This document shows positions 33,724 to 45,600 of a stretch of 64,000 nucleotides of DNA, piece by piece; the first letter of the stretch is position 1, and each line of letters opens with the position of its first letter. A model generated the notes under the pieces. The model ran no database searches and was not told the origin of the DNA. It saw nothing but the letters and a program-made list of their open reading frames with translations. Both the position numbers and the translations under genes were made by a program. Source of the DNA: Cyanidioschyzon merolae (taxonomy: Eukaryota); the NCBI GenBank assembly GCA_000091205.1, contig AP006501.2; one strand, given 5' to 3'.

Positions 33724-36424
33724 CAGCGAGAAGCTGAGTGCCCCTAGCGAGCATCCCTTAAGCCACCCAGGGTTTTCACGAAAGCCCCACAGTACGTATG
33801 CGGAGCAAACGTGCAACCCCGACACTGGCAACGCAATACGCAGTGCACTTTGAGCCGGTTTCTACTCGGGGCAGAACATGGTGATAAACTAGTTTTTATG
33901 AGCACAAGCCCTAGACATCAGGGATTAAATGAGATACTGCAAGTTGAAAAGGTTTGCTTTAGAGACTCATCGACCGAAGCGTCACTGTCTCCGTGTTCCC
34001 AAAGCAAGCTGCTGCATGGGGATCCTCTGCTTTTGCTGCGTTGCAGAAACTCCAAATTCGTATCCCCCAGATGCGGCGTTCGACTGTATAACAAACGCTT
34101 GCAACACCGGAGGCTCGCGGACGTGCTGCACCACAACGTGCAACCTGTCTCTGTGTCGTCCAGAGCGCGTTGTTGTAACCACGTGGTGCGATACCGAGAT
34201 CCTCTTACAGAGAGCGGCTTGCCCAGAGTGACCTATCTCATTCAGAGTATTGAAAAACAGCGGTCCGAAGTCTCTGCTGCACATCTGTGGTAGACTCTTC
34301 ACGAACGAGCAATTTATAAATTCCTCTGGGTAGAACGCCAGACTCGGCTCGTGCAGGTACCTTATCCGGTGTCGAACATTCGAGCATGAGCTTGGGAGTC
34401 CCGGAGCATTTCGCTCTCGGCTTGGGGGAGCATGAAAGTTAGGCTACTAGCCGATATCAGAGATGAGCGCAGCTGGCGAGGTTGGAATATTGTCGCTCGC
34501 AGCAGGCATACTGAAGCGTGCAATCGAGTTCGGCTCATTCTGGTCAGTTTTTAATTTGTGGATGACGATTAAGTGTCGATGCTGAACGCTTCCGTGTGAT
34601 ACAGCGCTCAGGTCTATGACCGCAAGCACCAAATCATCGGCGCTCCAGCGCTAAAGCTAGTCTTGTTTCGAAACCTGCTCTCAGTGATGGAGATCGCATG
34701 CCTACGGGGACTTTTCGGTATCGGCAAGTCAAGGGCGCCACCTCTAATCGTGCCGTGTAAAATATGGAATACCAGACTGCTCGCTTCCCTCCTGCCTTTC
34801 GAGTTTTCCGAAATTTTTTTCGATATGCAGCCCCTATATTCAAAGTGCAACAGCAAGGGCTTCGGAATGCATACATAGGATTTGGATTCTCGGAGGTTCT
34901 TTTTCAGAGCGGCCGCTTTCACGGTTCACCTCTGGAATTGGTTACGTCATTTGAATCAGGATGATGCGCATTGCTCTGGAACAAGGGATCGTACAGCATC
35001 CGATGCCAGCAACCAATTCAAAAGTACATGCCTCAAAGCTTCTCCTTTGCTTATTCGTAAGATGATAAAATTGCGCATTATTCAAGTATTCGATGTTTCT
35101 TTTCCAAGGCAAATCGTGGGCGTCGCCATTCGCACGGCAGTACTGATAAGGAAAACAACGCGACATCGTCCATAGACGACTTTTTTAACCAGCTCATGCC
35201 AAACGTTCACTGAACTTGCCACGTCATACAATCGATTCTTTTCAAATGCCGAATCCTGCTCTCTTTGAGACCATCCACGAAATTGCATTCGACATCTGCA
35301 TGACTGCACGTATGGGGTAATCTCTGAAAGACTCCCGTCTCGTCCGGTTGCATTGAAACGAGTCGCGGACTTGGGATTCACCCATTACTGTAATCGCTTC
35401 GGATAGGGTATGCGTCACCGCTTTCCGCGAATAGAGCTTGAATGGATTCGAAGTTCTCAACTTGCTCTCTAACATGGATTCCCCTACCAGTACTTTTTTC
35501 AACATGAACAAAACAGCGTTCTATAAATTCGTTCTGAAATGGAACAGCTCGCACCTGCATGTACTGTAGAGAGCATGCCCACCGACGGCATCGGCCAGAA
35601 AACGCTCTTGAGTCCAGAGTATGGTACCGGGCACGGGAAAGTACCAGTACATAGGGGGAAGCCCTCTGTACCCGTCATGTGCGTGTTCCGAAGCATGAGG
35701 CAAGCGTCTGCGCATCATGCAGTGGTCCTCGGAAGAAAAAGAGGTATGGTAGACATATGCGCACGCCTAGTCATGGTCAGGCATCACTGGTGCGAAGCGC
35801 GCGCCGACATTGTACACAAAGAAGATGAATATAGGAAAAGAAGCAGAGATCGTATCTTGCGCCTGCGCATGGACTGCTTACCTACAGGTGAAAAGAGCGT
35901 CATCAATACTAAGACGCCGTGATCAATATCGTTTGACCGTTGACTACATAGCTCGAGGGGAGTAAGCGACCGCCGTATGTAAAGCCTGAGATATGCACCT
36001 GGCGAAGGACGCAGTGCCAATGAACACCAGCAAAGCTGATGTTCATGACACTGGGAAGAGACTTGTACTTTACTACGCGCGCCCTAGTTGAATGATCCGT
36101 TCGTTTTAATCCACACAAGGATGTCTACTGAAATGTCGTTTACAACTCATGCAGGCTGCTCTATACAGAGAGCCCCAAACGACATGAAGCCAAGACCCCA
36201 TTCTCGAACGCTTATCGCTGCAATGCTCATCGGAACTACCACCTGCGGGAAGCAATTCGATTCTTGCAATTGTGACGAATGGCCTCGCAATGAAATGCAG
36301 AAACATTCGCGTCTGTACTTGCGCTTGCAAGGACGAAGTGTCTCGTGTCCTATGCAGCAGCTGTTGCATATGCACGTGAACAGCAAAAGGAACAACGTTC
36401 TTCAACCATGTTCGGTACACGTAT

Positions 36425-36788
36425 CTACTCACGCGCAGACACCTTGCAGTCGTGTTCGGGCCGGCCTACCGCAAACGGATTCAACTTCTCCTTGTACTCT
36501 TTGAGCAGGAGAGGCTGCCCCATAAAGTTCATTCGCGTCAGCTGCGGGGGTGTCCTCTTCAACACCACACATCTGCTGATTTTGGTGTCGGCGCTCAAGT
36601 CACGGTTCACGAACTCCATGCGTTTCTTGCCTCTGGTGGAATTCAGCAATGCGAGGATTCCTCGAACTCGCGGCCTCAATGCCACTATATTTTCGTTGCC
36701 GCACCGTCTGGTGAACATCATTTCTCGCCCACTTCCTCATTTCGTCTTCTTCTTCGTCACTTGCTCGTCTTCGCGCAATGGTCGGCAA
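36425..36788 (-). pseudogene. Second TnpB/Fanzor-like remnant, homologous to 15980-16140 (a short fragment with no adjacent Tc1-like part)
   Basis: The minus-strand frames read ..YSGIEAASSRNPRIAEFHQRQETHG and ..RPRVRGILALLNSTRGKKRMEFVNRDLSADTKISRCVVL. These parallel locus 1 (..ANGIEVAISKTPRIAKFHQKRQAHG and ..RSRFRRLPALQSSTRSDKRMDFVNRDFNNAINIIRYAVL) with the same frame relationship. Synonymous differences (ttt/ttc, cga/cgt) preserve FVNRD. Confidence 0.4.
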
Positions 36789-37526
36789 TATAAGGATTTC
36801 TCGTCTTTCTTGTTCCGGCAGTATGCAATGACGGGCCTCCGGGATCCCCAGCTTTCATGTTCATACCTTTTCTCTTAGATTATTTATTTTTTCAAATGAT
36901 AGCGCTTGGGATACATTTTCAATACCTGCGAAAACGCAAATGATTTTACGCTCCTGGGCCTGGAGTATCATTGAGATAGGAGCCTATAAGAAGCAGTCGG
37001 GGTTGAAGCACTGATGCGAGACACACGCCTGTGGCTTTTTTAATGAACAGGCACGCAGAGGCTATGCAGAAATATCATTGCTCACATGAGATCCCCTGCG
37101 AATCCTATGCTTCCTAACCAAGTTCCGAAATAGGAAGATCACAAGAAACAGAAAAACGATCAGGAGCTGTGCAGGACGCAGAGATTTGCTGGGTACTCGC
37201 GTTCTCGAGACGCTCTACATAGATATGGATTTCCAGCAATGCCAAGTCACAATCGGAAGCTAAATCAAGAGCCATGAACTCTCAATCGATATCATGGGTA
37301 GGATCTCGCCATCCAAAGCGACCGCTCTAGCGAGCAATCACCATCTGAGGTCGTACCAAGCGCCAAAAACATCTCGCTAGCTACCGTAAGGAAGCGCTCG
37401 CCATCACCAAGAGGTCGCCCCGGCGAGCCGCAACCCTCCAGTGCAGCACCGGGGGTATCCACGACGGCTTTTGTCATCGACGCTGCGTTCGGTGTCGAAT
37501 CCTGCCTCAAACAATGCTCCACCACA

Positions 37527-38813
37527 CTACGTGGGATTTCCGACGACTCGTGTGGCACTTGTGGCTCGTGCCACATCCAGTGTCGACTCCGGCCCCAAGT
37601 GACGCACCAGAACACCAGTTGGAATCTCTGACGACTCGTGGATCCGTTGCCAACGCCACGAGAGGCGACTCGAGCGCAACTCGCGTTGGCATAGAGGAGC
37701 GCGCGCCCCTGGGCGAGCTTCCCCTGTCGGTTGCTGCGCACTACCAGGTGCTTCAGCAACGTGCTGTGCCATGACATTGTTGTCCTTACCATATGCAGCA
37801 GTATCGCTGGCGACATAGTCATTATCACCAGCGCCTGGTGCATCATGTGCGGCAAGATTCGCTCGCGCTTCTGCTCCCGCATCAGCGTCATGGCCATCAT
37901 TGGCTTCAGCCCAGGAACTAGTGCGGGCAATTGTGGGCTCCCGGCTGAACGCTGGCGTGAAGCTCAGATGCTTGCGCTCAGATTGCCGCTCTAGTTCATC
38001 CACATCTCGCAAGACTGACAGATTTTCCACGCTCGTTTCGAGCAAAGCATCAGCATGTTCATCCTCAGATACGACGATTCCTTGTTCGTCTGCACTTGCA
38101 TTCAAAGTTGTGCTCGAACTCGTCGATGCACGCAGGTTGGCTTCGGGAGTACTCCAAGTGAACGAACCGCTGGCACCAAGTTGACGGCCCCATCGGAGAC
38201 GCTCCAGTGCCCAGTGACGGGCCCTCTGTTGATCACTGTGTTCCGCTAGGAACTCTAGCCACTCCTCGTAGAGGCGTAAGGACTGACGTTCTGCCCTTCG
38301 TCGCCTCAGTGCCTCTTTGGCCGCAACTTGGCGCCACTCTAGTTCCCGGGTGATACCGCTGGGGCTCACAGGTGCACTTACCGGTCGTATGTGGGTATCC
38401 GAAGAAGGATTCCGCCAACTGATATGGAGATCAGGTGTCTCTGCGCTCCGTTCTCGAGGCAGCGATTCCGTTTCAGACGGCGCTGTGGTGTCGCGAGTGT
38501 CGTGCTCGGTGCTTTCTGTGTCATCCAAGAGTGCGAAACCTGTTTGGCTGTGTACTCGGCCGCCCTGTGGCGAGCTCTCCTCAGGAGACTGGGTCGGTAT
38601 CGGCTGCTTGGCAAGCACCGGGGCCTGATCGCCCGCAATCCTTGAGGCTCTCAGCTGCAACGCAGGCTTCTTCTGTCTCTCAGTGAGCGTCCCAAACTGA
38701 ATGTAGTTCCAGAGTCTTTGTTCTAGCACCGCCCGTTGTATTCGTTCGCGTATGAACAGCAACAGCAGGCACGCAATAAACCCTAGTTGTATGACTGTCC
38801 AGTGGGAAAGCAT
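37527..38813 (-). CDS. Hypothetical protein with an N-terminal hydrophobic (TM/signal-anchor) segment; otherwise low-complexity
   Basis: 428-aa ORF. The N-terminus is TVIQLGFIACLLLLFI. I recognised no conserved domain. An overlapping ORF 37292..37930 in another frame hints at a possible intron or frame break. Confidence 0.35.
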   Translation of the reverse strand: MLSHWTVIQLGFIACLLLLFIRERIQRAVLEQRLWNYIQFGTLTERQKKPALQLRASRIAGDQAPVLAKQPIPTQSPEESSPQGGRVHSQTGFALLDDTESTEHDTRDTTAPSETESLPRERSAETPDLHISWRNPSSDTHIRPVSAPVSPSGITRELEWRQVAAKEALRRRRAERQSLRLYEEWLEFLAEHSDQQRARHWALERLRWGRQLGASGSFTWSTPEANLRASTSSSTTLNASADEQGIVVSEDEHADALLETSVENLSVLRDVDELERQSERKHLSFTPAFSREPTIARTSSWAEANDGHDADAGAEARANLAAHDAPGAGDNDYVASDTAAYGKDNNVMAQHVAEAPGSAQQPTGEARPGARAPLCQRELRSSRLSWRWQRIHESSEIPTGVLVRHLGPESTLDVARATSATRVVGNPT

Positions 38814-40308
38814 GAGCGGCCAGCCTCGGAACTCCAGTGTGCGTCTTCGTACGAAAGACCCGCTTCAGGGCGCATCGACCAGAGCTTTGACAGGACGCTC
38901 GATGTTGTTCACGAGCGAGCAGCTCTGCGGAGCCCGAAACTACTGCAGCGTACCCGAGAACCAGCTGTAAACCTCTGCGAGTCCACAACACCGAAGACAA
39001 GTCAACGTTTCGCCAGACAGGACACTCTAATAGGGCCGGATACACCCGTTAAACAGGACGAGAGAAATACGCCTGGGAACAACGCGCTTTGTATCGTGAA
39101 CGCGAGAAACGAAGGCAAGACAAGCGCAAACGTCAACACTGACCAAGGCGTTCGTACCACCTGGGGAGGTTCGATGCCAGGGGCTTGAATGGCGGCAATT
39201 ATTTTGAAGTCTTTCAGGAGAAATTAGATGCAACATGACACCGTAAGATACTGATAGAAGCATTGCCCTTGGTTTGATCAACGAGCAAACTTCACCGTGG
39301 ATGCAGGCGAACCGCACCGCCAGGCAGAAGTTCCTCGCAGACTGATGTACTCAGTTCTAAACAGAGCGCAGAGTTCTGGGACACCTGTACGAGAACGGTC
39401 TTTTTGTTTCCTTTTGTTTCTCTCGGGGGTATTGAACAGAAGCAAAGTATCCAGTAGAGCGGAGGAAGATCACAAAAAGTCTTTGTAATGCAAGTGCGAG
39501 CTCGCGAGCAAAGGACCTTACTTGTAGAAGTAAGCTATTCTCAGGTAAGCAGCTGGATGAACCACCCTTCTGGAAGTCCTTATTTTGAACGTCGTGCATC
39601 GGAGAGCAGAACCTAGAAAACGCAGTCTAAACGATCGTCTTCTTGTTAAACTGATACAGTCCATGAATGCTCAAATAAATACAATCAAATAAGTCGCAGA
39701 ATGGTAAGGTTCCGAACCGTCGAGACAAGCACCGCTGAAGAGATACGCATGGACAAGGGAAAAAGCAACCCTCTATGAGCGAGCATCGCCCGTTGAACAA
39801 CGAACTCTGGATTTCGCGCGGAAGCACGAAAGCTCCGGACTAGTGAAACTATTGCTCGTTTTACTCGATGAGACTTCATTCGGGAAATATGGAGGATGCG
39901 AATACGCATTTTCGAGGAAGAAAAACTGCTATTCATCAAATAAGAGGCAAGCGAGCTTTCCAACGAGATCAGTCCGAGCTGTGATTCAGTCGTTTGGTCG
40001 AAGGCGTTTTGAAAAATGCACGGGATCGATAAGCGTCACATGCTTCGTCGGAACACTCGTCGTGGCTTCTCCTCTCCACATTCTTCTGTCCTGCGCTCAT
40101 ACAGCGTCGATTTCAATCACTAAAAAACGCTTCAGGAGTATGGTACTGAATTTTGCATTGCACTGCTCTTTGTCTCAGTGTACGGTCACCATCCCAGTCT
40201 ATTAGCAGGAGTGTGCTCTGTTGTCAAACGTTTTTATGTCGGACACACAGATCAGCAGAAGAGGCATTCGCATCCTTGATACCCAAAGTTGCAGAAAGTA
40301 AATAGGAA

Positions 40309-42112
40309 ACGTCTCGTCTGGCTTTCTTCGCCTTAACGCTCCTCGTCAAGCAGATGTTCATAACAGTTGCGTACGCAGCGCTACCAGTTGTCCACATTTC
40401 ACAGGAATCTTTCCGTCAGACCCTGTTGTGATCACACAGATGGTGCTCTGGACAGAAGATGCACTACGAACTGATCGCAGGATCCGAGATTTGCACCCAA
40501 GCTCCCCAGAATACCGTGAGATATCACTTCACTACGTCGGCGATCGCAGCATCTGAAGCGCAAGTGTCATCCATGATCAAACAAACCTCAACAGCGAAAT
40601 GCAGATCGACCTCGAGCGCTTGGCGGGGCGCTCCACCTGGTTGTTGCAGCCTCGTGTTGCCACCCAAGGATAACTGGGACGAATCTAAGGGATTCTTGGT
40701 GCGTCGATGGAAGCGAATAAAGCGCTAGTGGTGGCAGAAAGAGCTCAGTGTGGTGGCGATATCGGATGACAAGTCACGGCGAGCGAGAGAGAGCGTCTGT
40801 GTCGCTTCCGCTTGTCCAAGCTCGTCGTCGTCTTGTTGGCCTCGGACGGACCCAAGTCACGTCTCCAGTGGACGGTTGCAAGGAGACGTCTTCCTGAACT
40901 GCCAATTGCGCGACTAGGCTCCGCTGAACAGAGCCTTCCAGAGAAAGACAGACTCCTGCCACGTAAGCGAGCATGCTAGCCTCCTCAGGCGTCTATTCGA
41001 TGATATCGATCTGTAAGCACTTTGTGCCATCCCAGGCCAGAGTCGAGCACCGAGACTCTGCCTCGCTGCTCAGCGTAGACGAAGCGGAGCACCACGTGGT
41101 GAGCGAAGATTCCACGTCTATGAGCATCGTAACCGCCGTCGTGCCCCTGACTCAAGAGAATGGAGCCAAAAAAACTAAGCAGAAACCAGATGAAGCTGCT
41201 GAAGATTGCGCGGGCCTTTTCGTATCTCGGGTCGGGAGCAGGAACGCAAGCAGGCGCATCCGCAAGTGGAACGACGGCACCTGGACCCTTTTCAACGCGC
41301 TGATCATCGTATCGAGCTGACAGAGTGCGTCCAAAGCTTCATTCAGAGCAAATAGGAGCGCCTAATCCCTCATGTGGACGACTTTTCGCAGGAATGCATG
41401 CGCTCGCGCTGAGGTCACCAACGGTTTCGGGTGTACAATGATCAAAAGTGGGCATTCGCTGACTTGCTGGATTCGTCGGAACATAAAATGACCGGGCATC
41501 CGAGCGGTTTCGTAGTACCCCAAGGAGCCGGACGTGCTGTAACGCGCGCAGACCGCGCTCTCGCTCCTTTGGCTAGAGCGTAGAACGAGTTCAGGAATCG
41601 ATTCTGCACGATTCCAGCGGATGCATTCAAGTCGGTGTGCACGAAGAATGAGCTCGGGTGAACGCTTTAACATCCAGAGACGAAGGGCATGAGGCGAAGA
41701 CGGACGCATGCGGTGCTGTATTGTAAGAGACTGAACGTCAGATGGCGATGAATTCGAAGGTAAGCGAATGCCCATGGGGTACTTCCACTAGCAACGATAC
41801 GAGCTGGCGCTTTCCCCACTGCGACTTCAACGTTTCAATCAAGAAGCGGAGATGCTTCGTGCTTCCGGAGCGCCCCAGTGGCTCTGTGTCGGCGAAGTTT
41901 CGACGAACTTGTTTCGTACTCAGAATAGGCATTGTGCTGGAATGCTGACGACTTGCGGTGCAGAGTATCTGTGACCAGGAGCTCGAGCATTGGATTTTCG
42001 CCTGGATTACGCTATTTGTTCGGTGCGGACGGCAAACTATAAAGGCTGGAGCGCCCTCTGGACACATATTGGGAACGATTTCGGTGCACAGTCTGCGAGC
42101 AATAAGGGTGTT
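40309..42112. repeat. Inverted repeat copy B (pairs with 9219-11023, opposite orientation)
   Basis: See copy A. The only differences I could see in the ORF track are two amino-acid changes (H/R, W/R) across ~1.8 kb. Confidence 0.9.
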
Positions 42113-42654
42113 CAGTCAACGAATGGCAAGTCACGTATTTCGTGGGCCTTCATTTCGGGAGATTGTATGCACCTCGAAAGCGGCCAGATACTGTATCGCG
42201 CCACTTCCATTGCGTTCAGGAATCTGAACAAGCTTTCCATGCGACCTGGTATTCGCCGTCGGTTGCGACGATTCGCTTACAGCGTGCCCTGTGAAGAGAA
42301 CCAGGCAGGAAACACTGATCCATAATATTCACATTTTCATATGGTTTATGATCGGAACGAGAGCCGACCAGCACTACACAGGCTCTTCAATGAATCCGAG
42401 GAGATGCGATCATCTACGTCACGTCAACGAATGGCCTTAGTCCTGCCCATCAGCCGCATCGAGGTTCCCGTTTTGAATGCGTACCATAATCGAAACGACT
42501 CAATACGCATCGCACCGATCATCCATATACATACACAAAGAATGCTTCCTCCAGCGGCGGACACGGCGAACGCCAAGACTCGTGACGCAATGCAAAAATG
42601 ATTCATATGCGGATTACATGCGTATCCTTCCACCAATTCACATCCTGACTCCAA

Positions 42655-45600
42655 CTACGAGAGTAGATGCCGATCCGCCATAAGCCGGACGTCAGCGGAG
42701 AGGTCCGGTGTCGACTCACTCGATGACGAAGCAAAAGTGTTTGCATCTCCAGTGTCCAGTGCAACATGCCCCTCGCTGGGAAACGTTGCCAATCTCACTG
42801 GACCAGAGGATACGAAAGAAGCGCTCTGCTCCCGTTCAGCAGTACGTGGCGCCTCCGACGCTACCCGAGCCGTCTCTGCGTTTGTCTCCACAGACGTGAT
42901 GGAGTCTTCGGCTGGAAACCGTGATAGCGGTCGTGAGCGCAATGAATCCTCGAAAAGTGGATCCGAAACACCTCCGGGACCCACACCAAACGCTGCTACC
43001 AAGTCATGAATCCGAGGATCCGCCGGATCAAACCATACCAAGGTAAACTGCTCCGCGGACGCACTCGCCTGCTTTGCACGTGAGCTGAGCTTGCGCTCAC
43101 CACTGTATAGATCCAATGGTGATGCCAGACGTTTGGGCACTCGAATAGAGGCCTGTCCGAGCCGTCCCATGGATAAACTTCTCGAATTCGCATCGGACAA
43201 CAACGATGCTTCCCCAGTGGTACCCGTTCTCGCTGCATTCGTCTCTGGTGCTACCGACCGCGGCAGCGCAGGTGCTACATCCAGTCGGATTAATGCCGGT
43301 GCATCCACTCGCCGTCGCAGCAACGTCCCAGAAGACGCACCCTCGGACTCGGCAACAGTGATCAGGTTTGGGTCTGGCGGGTGCCAACGAAGACCTCCCG
43401 AGGACACCGTCTGGGCTGCTGCCGGATTCGCAGCAGCCGTGGAGTGCAACAAGGACCAGAGGGCTTCATTTTCGGCACGTTGTTCATCGTAGAGGCCAGC
43501 TTCCCCACGCTCCTGAGCTTTGGTGTCAAAGAACAACGGCGTATCGGAAGGCGTGACTACGAGCACTCGACAGCGCACCGGCAGCGTCTCACAGGGCGCA
43601 TGAAGCTCACTCTGGTACTGTCCCAGACAACCATAGCGTTTGCAGAGCGGACGAGCGTGTTGCAGTTGTCGGGCTCCCTCGCCGTCGCAAGTCTGGAGGT
43701 AGACGGTTCCCTGGAGAAGGATGACGACAGCGGAGCGAAGGCGTCGTGCAATACACTGACCATGCAACGGCCCGGAGAGCGTCCCTGGGAGTAAGCGCGG
43801 CATTGCCCACACAACGAGCGTAGCTGTTCGCAACGGCAACAACATGGCGTCTCGACGCTTTTCGTAGTCGAGCGCCTCGGGTGGAAACAGCATTGTCTCG
43901 GTTGCTACTGTGCCTGGGTTCTCGTACATTGCAAAAGACGCATCTGGGAGGCGACTGCTTGTATCGCGCGTCTCGACGTGCGCTCGTGTGCCAGGACGCG
44001 TCACTTGAGCGCTCTCTGGTGCAGCGTTATCCGCTCCGAGGGTATCGGTACGAGCAGCGGCGAGTCCGTTGCTCTCTGGGGGCGTCTCTGCGTCATCGGC
44101 AGGCGACTGCACCGACGTCGACGACCGCTCTGGTTGGCGCTCCGTACTGGGTCGATCCCGTCGCTCCAGTTCCATGAAGCGCATACGCGTTTCCGTGAGG
44201 TACTCTTCCACGTTGGGCACGAGGTTGCGAGCACACTCGCTAGCAGCCATGCGTACGGCGAGTCGCATCCAGTCGTCCCGACTGCTCATGAGATTCCTGA
44301 AATTCGATGCTGGAATGAAGAAGACATGGGCCAGCTGGGAGACAACCACCAGCTCCAACGCCGACGTATACCTATACAACGAACCCGCCATGCCATAGCT
44401 CTGTCCGGTTACACTGTTGCTCAGGGTACGCACTTCGTGGGCGTCCTCTCGGGGGAATCCAGAGGCCGGCGCAGAAGCTTCCAAGTCTGGTGGTATGTGT
44501 TTGTGCTCGTGGTTGAGCGCTCCCGATGACGGTGCTGCGTCTCTCAAGCCGTGTGGAAAGGCACCAGCTTCCGCGGAGGCAGCGTGCCAGACGACTTCCT
44601 CTGCGTCCGCTGCTATCGTTCCATCGTCAGCAAAGTCGTCATCGTCATCGTCGACGACGTTGCTATTGCTGGTGTAGCGATCGTCCCGCTCTCGACGACC
44701 AGCTATTCCGAATACGTCGCTGATGAAGGCTCGCAGACGTGCCTCGGCAGCGCGTCGACGCGACGGCAGCGTGGCGGAAGGGACTGCTTCTTCGCCGGGG
44801 TATGGAGGCTCGACCATATCCCGAGGCGTTGCAGCGGTTTCTTCTGGCTGACGCCGTTGCCACCATCGCCATCGTCGCCAAAGTGTCGACTTGCGCTCAC
44901 GCTCTTGTCCAAGATGACTCGGCAGTGTCAAGGGCGCCTCGGTGGACCGCTCAGAACTAGCAGGGGCAACGACACCCGCCAGTGGCGCTGCGGACCCAGT
45001 CTCTGCTGTTTCCACTGCTTGTGGCCAGACTGAGGTGGTTGTTGGCTTGCGACGAAGCGGTGGAAACTCCTCCTCACTCAGAAGGTTCGCAATCATCGCT
45101 GACTGCCGTTGGATGCGATCCACGGGTGTCCGTTGCACCGCAGGGTAACTGCTTCGCAGTCCATTGTGGCGCCCTAAAGTGCCGTGTCGCGCCTGGTGGT
45201 CCACTGCCTGCATGTCTTGTCGCTGCAGCAGTAACTGCTCGTCCAGGTCGTCGAGATCATCACCAGCGAACTCGACATGCTGGGTCCGTACCTCGATCGC
45301 TCCTCGAATGACGTAAAAGACACCCACCACGAGGGTATCCATCCGTTGCACGACTTCGCCATGTGCGAACGCTCGTATTTGGCCTGCAGCTCGCCAGGCA
45401 GCGAGCAACTGTTCCAGTGCGTGTTCGAGAGCGACCCTCGAGCGATACTCCACTTCCAACCAAGATGCAAGACTGTTGCGCAAGCAGTCACCGATGGTTG
45501 GCAAAGGAAAACGTATGCTCACGCGCTGCAGTGCCTCGCGACGCATATCCAGCTGGTCCAACAGTGCCTTGGACTCGGCTTCGGTAAGCGTTCCAGTCGC

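Noticed and set aside
9219-42112. Inverted repeat pair as the TIRs of a giant cargo transposon (for example Starship or Maverick-like)
   Set aside because: The 29-kb interior is made of conserved housekeeping genes (TAF12, NFX1, APN2, a kinase). It has no transposase, recombinase or polB in the expected position. A segmental inverted duplication is more parsimonious.
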